From the NCBI GenBank assembly GCA_044222185.1, contig JBGANV010000002.1, positions 544,001-608,000 of the forward strand: a DNA stretch of 64,000 nt, read 5' to 3'. Shown here piece by piece: positions 27,936-36,269 of the stretch. Under the pieces are notes generated by a model, which saw nothing but the letters and a program-made list of their open reading frames with translations, was not told the origin of the DNA and did not search any database. A program made the translations under genes and the position numbers. This DNA is from Planctomycetota bacterium. GTDB taxonomy: Bacteria; Planctomycetota; GCA-002687715; CAIWVZ01. Positions within the stretch are counted from its first letter, which is position 1. Each line of letters starts with the position of its first letter.

Positions 27936-28784
27936 ATGAAAGCCTCGATCGCCTTGCTTCCCATCCTCCTGTTCCCGATGACCGGCGGAGCGCCAGGGAT
28001 CCCACGGATGCGCGACATCATCCCGCCGGGGATGAAGTCCGTGCGCTTCGAGCTCGTGTTCGAGGCCCCGGCCCCGGGCGCCAGCCTTTGCCGTGCCTAC
28101 GTGGTGCTCGCCGGTGACACGTTCGAGGGCATCGCGAGGAAGCAATGCGGGGACGCGCGGTGCAGCGACGAGATCGCGCTGCTCAACCCGAACATGAAGC
28201 CCGAGCGGCTGAAGCCAGGCTCCACGCTGGCGATCCCGCCGAAGCCATCTGCGGACTCCCGTCCAGCCTCGCGCCCCGATGGCGCATCCCGCGAGCCGCG
28301 TCTCCTCATGCACCTCACGCCGTCGGGGATTCTCCAGCCGAAGACGCCCGTCCCGATCCTGGAGGGGCAGATCCTGGGGGCGTTCCGCGGCCAATGCCGC
28401 GTGATCGCCGTTCCGCGGTCGGGGCTGCGTGCGGCCATGGCGTTGGACTGGACGACCGTCGACTTCGCGCATCCGCCCGCCGGCGTGAACGTATCTCCAC
28501 CGTTCACCGCCACCTCCCTTGTCGCGCACGAGGATCCGGCCGTCCGCGTCGAAGCCCGGATCGTCGTGACGTCGATCGAGGACGGGCAGGTGGCGCTCGA
28601 CCGTCACGAGCGGTGGTACGACGAGGACAAGAGGCTCACGCGCGAGAAGACGGTGCAGAACGGCGTCACGAAGACGCGGGGTGGGGCCGTGCCCTGGCCA
28701 CTCGCGCTGATCGGCGGCGGAGCGCTGATCGGAGTCCTCGGGATCGCGCGACGGCGGCGGACCCGCGCGGCCTGCTGCGCGTGA
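27936..28784 (+). CDS. LysM-domain surface protein with C-terminal TM and basic tail
   Basis: LysM YVVLAGDTFEGIARK...LNP...LKPGSTLAIP. C-terminus WPLALIGGGALIGVLGIARRRR. Confidence 0.82.
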   Translation: MKASIALLPILLFPMTGGAPGIPRMRDIIPPGMKSVRFELVFEAPAPGASLCRAYVVLAGDTFEGIARKQCGDARCSDEIALLNPNMKPERLKPGSTLAIPPKPSADSRPASRPDGASREPRLLMHLTPSGILQPKTPVPILEGQILGAFRGQCRVIAVPRSGLRAAMALDWTTVDFAHPPAGVNVSPPFTATSLVAHEDPAVRVEARIVVTSIEDGQVALDRHERWYDEDKRLTREKTVQNGVTKTRGGAVPWPLALIGGGALIGVLGIARRRRTRAACCA

Positions 28785-28812
28785 CATCGCGGCGACCTCC
28801 CCGAGCGCATCG

Positions 28813-29814
28813 ATGAGCCTCAGAACGACGTTGGCGATCGCAGCGGTCTCGTTGCTCCTGGCCCTCGGCTGCGCGGTGGCTCCCCTGTTCGCGTACGTGG
28901 CCACGTTGGCGACCTTCGGCCTGGCGCACGTGCTGCTGGAACTGCGCTACGTGGACCAGCGATTCACTCCACGCCTGGGCCGTGCGACCGTCGGCGCCAT
29001 CGTCACCCTGCTCGGCGCCACCGCGCTGCTCCGCGTCGTGGCGTACCTGCCCGGGACGCGGTCGCTGCCGCTTCGCGAGATGGAGCTCGGTGCGGTCGCC
29101 ATGCTGGCCGCCGTCGCGCTCGCCGTCGGGTTGCGGCGCGGCGACGCCATGGCCGGCGTGCTCGGTGCCGCGACCGTGTGCGCGATCGCGTGGGGATTGA
29201 TGGAGTCACCTTCGAGCACCCTCGTGGTGCTGGCCGTCCTCCACAACCTCACGCCCGTGGGATTCCTCGCCGAACGATTGCACGGACGCGAGCGGCGTGC
29301 GGCGATGGCGTCATGCGCGTTCGTCTTCGGCGTCGTCCCGGCGTTGATCGCGAGCGGCGTGGTCTCGGCGCTCGTGCAGCGGCTGGGCTCGTGGTCGCCG
29401 GATCTGACTCCCCTCGACGTGGGGACACTCGACCTCCACCTGGGCGTCTTCGTTCCGAGCCCGTGGATCGACGGCCCCTCGGCCATCGATTTGTTCTCGG
29501 CGGCGGCGTACCTGCAATGCGTTCACTACGCGGTCGTGATCGGAGTGTTGCCGCGGCTCGGAACAGCCCACGGCGAGGCCGGTCGCTCCAGCCTCGTCCG
29601 CTGGCCGCGCGGTGCGCCGTGGGCCCGGTACGTCGTCACGGCCTCAGTCCTGGGGTGTGCGGCGTTCGCGTCCGAATTCGTCGACGCGCGCCGCCTCTAC
29701 GGGATCGCATCCGCCGTTCATGCGTGGAGCGAGCTGCCGGTGCTGCTCCTGTCGGCTGGCGGAGGCATCTCCATGGGGCGGGCGCCGCGCCGCGGAAGCA
29801 TCGCTCCCGCATGA
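28813..29814 (+). CDS. Polytopic membrane protein with four spaced His motifs
   Basis: About 9 TM; motifs FGLAHVLLELRY, LHNLTP, QCVHY, HAWSELP. Confidence 0.75.
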   Translation: MSLRTTLAIAAVSLLLALGCAVAPLFAYVATLATFGLAHVLLELRYVDQRFTPRLGRATVGAIVTLLGATALLRVVAYLPGTRSLPLREMELGAVAMLAAVALAVGLRRGDAMAGVLGAATVCAIAWGLMESPSSTLVVLAVLHNLTPVGFLAERLHGRERRAAMASCAFVFGVVPALIASGVVSALVQRLGSWSPDLTPLDVGTLDLHLGVFVPSPWIDGPSAIDLFSAAAYLQCVHYAVVIGVLPRLGTAHGEAGRSSLVRWPRGAPWARYVVTASVLGCAAFASEFVDARRLYGIASAVHAWSELPVLLLSAGGGISMGRAPRRGSIAPA

Positions 29815-30116
29815 TTCACTACCTCGGCACCCTCGGGCTCACGCTCGCCGTGGAGGTCGTCGTCGCCCTCTTCGTCATCCCGCGCTCGATGTGGCGTCGC
29901 CGGATCGGGGACGTCGTGCTTGCGAACCTGGTGACCCACCCGTTGGCCACCCTCGCCGTTCGCGCCTTCCTGACCCCGTGGATCGTGGCCGAGATGTCGG
30001 TGATGGGGGCGGAGGCCGTGATCTATCGCTACCTCTCGGGGTTCGGCTGGCGCCGGGCGGTCACCCTCTCCGTCGCCTGCAATCTCGTGACGGCGTTGCT
30101 GTCGTTCCTCGTGTGA
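29811..30116 (+). CDS. Small 4-TM membrane protein (E...ANLVTHP...E..V...E...N)
   Basis: ATGA overlap with the upstream gene. 101 aa, hydrophobic, with intramembrane Glu/Asn/His residues. Confidence 0.75.
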   Translation: MIHYLGTLGLTLAVEVVVALFVIPRSMWRRRIGDVVLANLVTHPLATLAVRAFLTPWIVAEMSVMGAEAVIYRYLSGFGWRRAVTLSVACNLVTALLSFLV

Positions 30117-30189
30117 CGGCCAGAGGGTTCGAGGCGCAAACCGCCTCCGCCGCTCGTCGCGGGGGGCGACTGCGTACACAATGCGACCG

Positions 30190-31059
30190 ATGAGTGCCAC
30201 CGGGTTCCGCATCGGATACGCGACGAGCGGGTTCTCCTCACATCGCCTCGAGGATGCACTCGACGTGCTGGCGAGGCTCGGGTACGGGGGCGTCTCGCTC
30301 ACTCTCGACGTGCAGCACCTCGATCCGTTCGCACCGGACCTCGCCGCGCGCGTGGCCCACATCCGCGCGCGGCTCGACCGGCTCGGCCTCTCGGTCGTGG
30401 TGGAGACGGGCGCGCGCTTCATCCTCGATCCCATGCGCAAGCACCATCCGACGCTGCTCTCGCGCGAGGGTTCGGAGCGGCGGCGGGAGTTCCTGTGCCT
30501 TGCAATCGACGTCGCCCGCGATCTCGGCGCCGAGGGCGTATCGCTGTGGGCCGGCGCACGTCCGGCCGACATGAGTGACGGCGAGGCATGGGATCGATTG
30601 TTGATCGGGCTCGACCAGGTGCTCGATCACGGCTCGCGGGCGGGCGTTCGCGTGGGGCTCGAACCCGAGCCCGGGATGCTCGTCGACACCGTCGCGGGCT
30701 GGCGCAGGCTCGCAGAGCGGTTGGGCGGACGGGAGCGACTCGGGCTGAGCCTCGACATCGGACACTTGCTGGTGAACGGCGAGGCCGAACCGGCGGACGT
30801 CATCCGCGCCGAAGCTCCCCACCTCGTCACGGTCGCCATCGAGGACATGAAGCGGGGAATCCACGAACACCTTCCGTTCGGTGAAGGTGACCTGGACCTT
30901 CCGACCACGCTCGCTGCACTCCGCGACTGCGGATACGGCGGCCTCGTCGCCGTCGAACTGGCGAGGCATGGACACGACGCCGTGAGGGTGGCTACGGCCT
31001 GCCGGGAAGTCCTGGCGAAGCACGGCGTCTCATTCCGAGGTCGCTCCACGCACTCATGA
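30190..31059 (+). CDS. Sugar phosphate isomerase/epimerase (xylose isomerase-like TIM barrel)
   Basis: ETGARF, GLEPEPGM, LDIGH, IEDM...HEHLPFGEG, VEL. Resembles the isomerases of ebo-like inositol clusters. Start 30181 or 30190. Confidence 0.85.
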   Translation: MSATGFRIGYATSGFSSHRLEDALDVLARLGYGGVSLTLDVQHLDPFAPDLAARVAHIRARLDRLGLSVVVETGARFILDPMRKHHPTLLSREGSERRREFLCLAIDVARDLGAEGVSLWAGARPADMSDGEAWDRLLIGLDQVLDHGSRAGVRVGLEPEPGMLVDTVAGWRRLAERLGGRERLGLSLDIGHLLVNGEAEPADVIRAEAPHLVTVAIEDMKRGIHEHLPFGEGDLDLPTTLAALRDCGYGGLVAVELARHGHDAVRVATACREVLAKHGVSFRGRSTHS

Positions 31060-32117
31060 TTCCGCTCCTCGGCCTCGCGTTGTTCGCGATCTCGTTCGGT
31101 GTGGCCGCGGGACTGCTTCCGTGGATCCGCCGGCGCGCCGTCACGGCCGGCGCCGTCGACCGACCCGATGGGGGACGGAAGGACCACGCCGAAGCCGTCG
31201 CCTACGGCGGCGGAGTGGCCGTCCTCGCGGCGATCGCGGTTCCGGTCGGCCTGGGCATTCTCGTTGCGCTGATCGGGGGCGATGCCTCCTGGGTGCCGGA
31301 GGCGATCCGAATCCACTCGCCTGGAATCCGCCAGCAGGCACCGCAGGTCGCCGCCATCCTCGGTGGCGCGGCCGTGATGATGGTGATGGGCTGGATCGAC
31401 GATCGCCGGAGGCTCCCCGCGGTGCCGCGCCTCATCGTCGAGATTCTCGCGGCGCTCGCCCTGGCCCTCAGCGGGGTCCGTGTCACCGCCTTCCTGCCGG
31501 AGCCGTGGATGCACGTGGCGGCGACGGTCGTCTTCGTCGTGTTCGCGACGAACGCGACCAACTTCATCGACAACATGAACGGGCAGCTCACGGGGGTGGC
31601 GGCGATCCAGACCGCTGGCTTCCTCGCGATCGCCGCCAGCTCGGGCCAGCTCTTCGTGGCCGCGAGTCTCATCTGCCTTTTGGGAGGCCTTCTGGCCTTC
31701 CTGCCGTGGAATTTTCCCCGCGCGCGGATCTTCCTCGGCGATGCCGGCAGTCTGCCCATCGGGTTTCTACTCTCGGCGCTGACGATCACCTGCAGGTTCC
31801 AGGACGGCGGCATCACGGCGCGGCCCTTCGTCGTGCCGATCCTCCTTTTGTTCGTTCCGCTGGTCGACGGATGCGTCGTCGTCGTGTCACGGTTGCGGCG
31901 CGGAGTCCACCCGTTCACGGCAGGCCACGATCACCTGGCGCACCGCATCGCGGCGCGCGGGCGGACGCGGACTTCCGCCGTCGTCGTGTTGTGGGGTTTC
32001 AGCGCGGCGGCGGCGGCGCTCGCCCTGCTGGTGAGCCGTCCCGCTCCGCTCGTGACGCTCGTCTGTGTCGCGCCGGTCGCCGTGGTGTTGAGCGCCGTCG
32101 CGCGCCGCCCCCCGTGA
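31056..32117 (+). CDS. WecA/MraY-family polyprenyl-phosphate HexNAc-1-phosphate transferase
   Basis: RKDH...GGG, GWIDD, NATNFIDNMNG, IFLGDAGS, DHLAHR. Confidence 0.9.
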   Translation: MIPLLGLALFAISFGVAAGLLPWIRRRAVTAGAVDRPDGGRKDHAEAVAYGGGVAVLAAIAVPVGLGILVALIGGDASWVPEAIRIHSPGIRQQAPQVAAILGGAAVMMVMGWIDDRRRLPAVPRLIVEILAALALALSGVRVTAFLPEPWMHVAATVVFVVFATNATNFIDNMNGQLTGVAAIQTAGFLAIAASSGQLFVAASLICLLGGLLAFLPWNFPRARIFLGDAGSLPIGFLLSALTITCRFQDGGITARPFVVPILLLFVPLVDGCVVVVSRLRRGVHPFTAGHDHLAHRIAARGRTRTSAVVVLWGFSAAAAALALLVSRPAPLVTLVCVAPVAVVLSAVARRPP

Positions 32118-32175
32118 GTTCGCCGCGACCCCGGGGCTCGTCACCGGGACGACGCGCGCTCACAATGCTCGCCTG

Positions 32176-33930
32176 ATGACGCCGCGGCCCTCCAGTCTCC
32201 TCACCTCCGCTGCCATCGCCCTGCTCATGGCTGGCGTCGGCGCGCGCTTCCTGCTCGGTGACGACCTGAACCCGCTCGTCGAATCGTTCGCGACGGCGCT
32301 GATGCTCCTGGGCGGTGGCCTGGCGCTCCTGTGCGGCGTGATGGAAGGGCGGGCGCCTGCGCCCATCCTGGTCGTTCTCGTCGTCGTGCTGATGCTGCCG
32401 GCAGCGTCACCGATGGAGAGCTTCACGATCAAGCGCGCCGCGGACGTGCTGGCTGCGACGGTCGCGGGTTTGGCGCTCATGGACCTCGTGAGCGTTCGTC
32501 GGATGGGCAACCAGGTTCGACGAGTCCTCGTCGCTGCGGCCATCGCGTTGAGCTGGTTCGGTATCGCGCAGTCGGCGTGGCTGAACGCGTCGGCGGAGGC
32601 CGCGGCGCGCGCGGTGGGACACGCGCTCACGAAGACCGAGCGGGGCGAGGCGTTCCTCCACTCCTGGCGTGCCGCCGCCACGTTCACGTCGGCGAACCAC
32701 TTCGCCGGGTTCCTCCTGCTCGTGGCTCCCGCCGTCGTGGGTGCGTGGTTGAGGGGGCGCCGGCGTGCGGCGGCGTCGATCGCGGCAATTTCGTGCGTCG
32801 CGGCATTCGCATGCGCCGGATCCGCCGGTGGCGCGGGCGCCCTTGCGATCGGCGGTTGCGTGGCGACATGGCGGATGAGTCCGCCCGGGACGAACTCGCG
32901 CCGACGTTGGCGGATCGCGAGCGCTGGGGTTGCATTGGTCGGCCTCGGAATCGTCATCCTCGCGTCGGCCCACGTGGGCGGCGGCAAACTCGCCACGCTC
33001 GCAGAGAGGCTCGATTACCACCGCCTGGCGCTGCGCGTCCTCGCGGAGCACGTGCCGTTTGGGTGCGGGCTGGAGGCGACCCGCACGTGGATGTCCAGCG
33101 CCCACCGCGCAGGTGAGGCGTTCAGCCGATCCCCGCACGACTGGTGGCTGCAGGGACTGGTCGAGTGCGGCATCGTGTTCTTCGGCGTGGCCGCGATCCT
33201 CGTCCGGGTCGTTTGGCGTTCGCTGCAGGCGCCCCAGACCGAGCCGGTCGGGGACGGCGATCCGCCCTCGCGAGTCGTCGCCTGGGGACTGCTCGGAGGG
33301 GTGCTGCTGTCGGCGGCGCTGGCTCCGTTCGTCACATTCCTTCCTGCGACGGCGGGAATCGCTCAGGCAGTCGATGCCGGTGTCACACTCGCCGTGCTCG
33401 CAGGCGCGTGGTGCCTTGCGGGGGGCGTGGCGACGGACTCGCCGGGCTTTCGGTCGGGTCTGCGCGTCGGGCTCGCGGCGTTCCTCGTCCACGGGTTCCT
33501 GGATTCGGACCTCCTTCAGCCCGGGGTGATGATCACGCTGGCGCTCGTTCTTTCCGCCGTTCGCGGCCCCGCATCGCAGGACGTCGCACGCACGAGCGGG
33601 CGCGTCGCGACGATCGGGCTTGGCCTGGCGGCAATCCTCGCCGCGGTGCCCATCGTGCAGCTGGGCGCCGGGCGTCAACTGGTAGCGGACGTGGTCATCG
33701 AGGGGCCGCAGACCGAGATCACCTCCGATCACCTGGACCAGCTGTTTCGTGCCCCGCTCGGCCCCATTCCGGATTTGCGGGCCGCAGCGGCGGTGTGGCC
33801 TGACGATCCGACGAGCGCTCAGGCGATCGCGATGGCGCAGCGGATCGCTGATTCCTGGTCGCGCGGCATCCGCCGGCGCCCCGACGCGCGCGCGTTGATC
33901 GACCGGTTGGAGCGCCTGAAGGCGCGTTGA
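32176..33930 (+). CDS. O-antigen ligase (Wzy_C)-like membrane protein
   Basis: Multi-TM. ATFTSANHFAGFL, ERLDY, PFGCG, SPHDWWLQGLVECG. Confidence 0.78.
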   Translation: MTPRPSSLLTSAAIALLMAGVGARFLLGDDLNPLVESFATALMLLGGGLALLCGVMEGRAPAPILVVLVVVLMLPAASPMESFTIKRAADVLAATVAGLALMDLVSVRRMGNQVRRVLVAAAIALSWFGIAQSAWLNASAEAAARAVGHALTKTERGEAFLHSWRAAATFTSANHFAGFLLLVAPAVVGAWLRGRRRAAASIAAISCVAAFACAGSAGGAGALAIGGCVATWRMSPPGTNSRRRWRIASAGVALVGLGIVILASAHVGGGKLATLAERLDYHRLALRVLAEHVPFGCGLEATRTWMSSAHRAGEAFSRSPHDWWLQGLVECGIVFFGVAAILVRVVWRSLQAPQTEPVGDGDPPSRVVAWGLLGGVLLSAALAPFVTFLPATAGIAQAVDAGVTLAVLAGAWCLAGGVATDSPGFRSGLRVGLAAFLVHGFLDSDLLQPGVMITLALVLSAVRGPASQDVARTSGRVATIGLGLAAILAAVPIVQLGAGRQLVADVVIEGPQTEITSDHLDQLFRAPLGPIPDLRAAAAVWPDDPTSAQAIAMAQRIADSWSRGIRRRPDARALIDRLERLKAR

Positions 33931-33992
33931 GGTCCCTTCGATTCTCGGCGTTGCTGGCCGGTATACTCCCCGTCCCAACACGAGGGTTGAAC

Positions 33993-35447
33993 ATGCGAAC
34001 GCGACTCGTCGGGCTCGGTTGTGCATTCATGATGGCTCTCTCCGTGTCGGTGGCGGCTCAACAGAGCGTGCCCTTCACGCGCAGCGGAGATGTCCTCGTC
34101 GTCGACACGGTCGGTGATCGCATCGTCCGTCTACAGGACCTGGATTTGGACGGCGCTTTCACGAGCCCGGGCGAGTCGACCGTGTTCTTCCAGAGCGGCA
34201 CGAACGGGATCACGGTCACGAACGTGAACGCCATCGCCACGGCGGAGGACGGCACGGTCTACCTGTCGGATCCGACGGCGCATCTCGTGGTGCGCCTGAA
34301 GGACGTCGACGGCGACGGGGCGGCCATGGCAGCGAACGAAAGCCAGGTGTTCTTCAGCGCCGCCAACGGGTCGGGCATCTTCCTCGCGCTGAACTGGGCG
34401 TTGGCATGTTCGACGGACGGCTTCGTCTACGTCGCGCAGGCGAACAACGCGACCGGCGGCTTCGACTCCGTCATGCGTCTGCGCGACCTCAACAACGACG
34501 GCGATGCGGAAGATGCAGGCGAAGCGGTCGACTATGCGCGGTTCGCCGTCGGTGGTGCGGTTGCCGACTCCGTTCCCTCGGGCCTCGCCATCGGCAACGA
34601 CGGAACCCTCTACTACGTCAACAACGGAACGAGCGGAGCCGTCGCCAAGGGCGTCTATCGCATGCACGACGACGTGATCCCCAACGGCGTGTGCACCGAT
34701 CCGGGTGAAGTGTCGATCTTCTTCACACCGACGGCCGTCCCGAGCGTCACGTCGCAGTACTGGTCCCTCACGACCGACCGAAGCGGCAACTTCTTCCTGC
34801 ACGACACGGGCGCCGAGCGCATCATCAAGTTCAACGACCTGAACGCGGACCTGGTGATCCAGAACGCGTCCGAGTCCCTGATCTACTACTCGGTGCCGAG
34901 TGCGTCGAACATGTGGGGCTCGGCGCTCGCGTCCGACGGCACGCTGTTCGTCTGCGAAGATCAGTCACCGGACCGGGTGTACGCGTTGCGTGACCTCGAT
35001 CAGAACGGCGACTGCCTCGGCGTGAACGAGAAGACCGACGCGTTCACGTTCCCGACGTCGGGCACGAGCGCGATCTACTCGCCGCGGGCGATCACCACGA
35101 TGAAGGGGCCCGGGTTGCGCATGAATCCGTTGCCGATCCAGATCGGCAACAACGCCACCCTGACGATGGAGGGAACGGCCGGCGAAGCGATGAACGTCTA
35201 CATGTCGCTGGGGACGCTCAACCTGCCCGTCCCGCCGTTCGGAACCCTCGGCATCGACGTGTTCACGCCGGGCCTCTACCTGGAGTTCGTCCCGCTGTTC
35301 CCCACGAGCCCGCCGGGCTCCGACGCCCTCACGCTGGGCATCCCATCGGATCCGAACCTCCTCGCGCTCACGGTGTACCTGCAAGCGATCGGCGGCGCGC
35401 CGAGCCGGCTGCTGTTGTCGAACACGCTCACGGTGACGTTCCAGTAG
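33993..35447 (+). CDS. Secreted beta-propeller protein with DxDxDG Ca-binding-like loops and shared C-terminal domain
   Basis: Signal peptide; repeated RL.DLDxDG...GE motifs; C-terminus IPSDPNLLALTVYLQAI...SNTLTVTFQ. Confidence 0.8.
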   Translation: MRTRLVGLGCAFMMALSVSVAAQQSVPFTRSGDVLVVDTVGDRIVRLQDLDLDGAFTSPGESTVFFQSGTNGITVTNVNAIATAEDGTVYLSDPTAHLVVRLKDVDGDGAAMAANESQVFFSAANGSGIFLALNWALACSTDGFVYVAQANNATGGFDSVMRLRDLNNDGDAEDAGEAVDYARFAVGGAVADSVPSGLAIGNDGTLYYVNNGTSGAVAKGVYRMHDDVIPNGVCTDPGEVSIFFTPTAVPSVTSQYWSLTTDRSGNFFLHDTGAERIIKFNDLNADLVIQNASESLIYYSVPSASNMWGSALASDGTLFVCEDQSPDRVYALRDLDQNGDCLGVNEKTDAFTFPTSGTSAIYSPRAITTMKGPGLRMNPLPIQIGNNATLTMEGTAGEAMNVYMSLGTLNLPVPPFGTLGIDVFTPGLYLEFVPLFPTSPPGSDALTLGIPSDPNLLALTVYLQAIGGAPSRLLLSNTLTVTFQ

Positions 35448-35536
35448 TCGAGCCGCAGCGGTAGGGCCGGGGGCCGTGGTCGAGCTTCGGTGCGCCGCGG
35501 CGACGTGGCGTGCCCGCCTGGCTGGTGCGCCGCGGC

Positions 35537-36127
35537 TCAGAGGCGTTCGTTCAGCACTCCGTCGATGTCCTCGGTTCCGCTGCACGAAACGACCAGGTTC
35601 CGCCGCACCCAAACCGCGCACTCCTCCCGTGCCAGTCGATCGAGCGTCGCGCGCGCGGTCGCTTCGTCGACCAGCGCCAGCAGAACATCGCGGAGAACCG
35701 CCTCGGCATTCGACCAGGCCAGGTAGGAGAGCCGGAGGAACCAGCCATCGTCGTGCGCCATCGCCATGAAGTGATTGCCCACTGAAACCATGGCAGGCGC
35801 GGCTTCGGGTTGCCCGTGCTTCGCGAACCGACGAAGCCTGGCGACGTCCTCCGGGCTGAACTCCGATGGCGTTGCACCGGGCGCGAAGTCGACCCAGGCG
35901 AAGTCGCCGAAGCCGTAGATGTCGCATGCGGCGAGCTCCGGCATCCGATCCGCTGGAACGAAACGCAGGCGGCTCGGGCGCGCGACGACGGGATTACCAA
36001 AGCGGCTGCGCAGGAGGACGACTCCGCCACGCGCTGCGAGAGCCGGACGAAAGTCGCGGAACTCGATTCCCGACGCAACGAGGGTTCGTTCGGCCGGTCG
36101 GTTCCACAGGTACAGGTAGTTCCTCAT
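35537..36127 (-). CDS. Conserved hypothetical protein (GDFxWVDF / AHDDGW motifs)
   Basis: Protein-like composition filling the gap between neighbours; motifs DIYGFGDFAWVDF and MAHDDGWF. Confidence 0.65.
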   Translation of the reverse strand: MRNYLYLWNRPAERTLVASGIEFRDFRPALAARGGVVLLRSRFGNPVVARPSRLRFVPADRMPELAACDIYGFGDFAWVDFAPGATPSEFSPEDVARLRRFAKHGQPEAAPAMVSVGNHFMAMAHDDGWFLRLSYLAWSNAEAVLRDVLLALVDEATARATLDRLAREECAVWVRRNLVVSCSGTEDIDGVLNERL

Positions 36128-36269
36128 TGCCGCGTCGGCGAATCCATCGAGAGGGCAGGCGGAGATCACCCGGCGCCCGAGGTCGAGGCGCGGGTCGTTG
36201 CGGGCGACGAGGCATCATCGACCAGTCCTGTCGCGGCGTCAACGAGGGGGACGCGCTCGAGCTCACACC

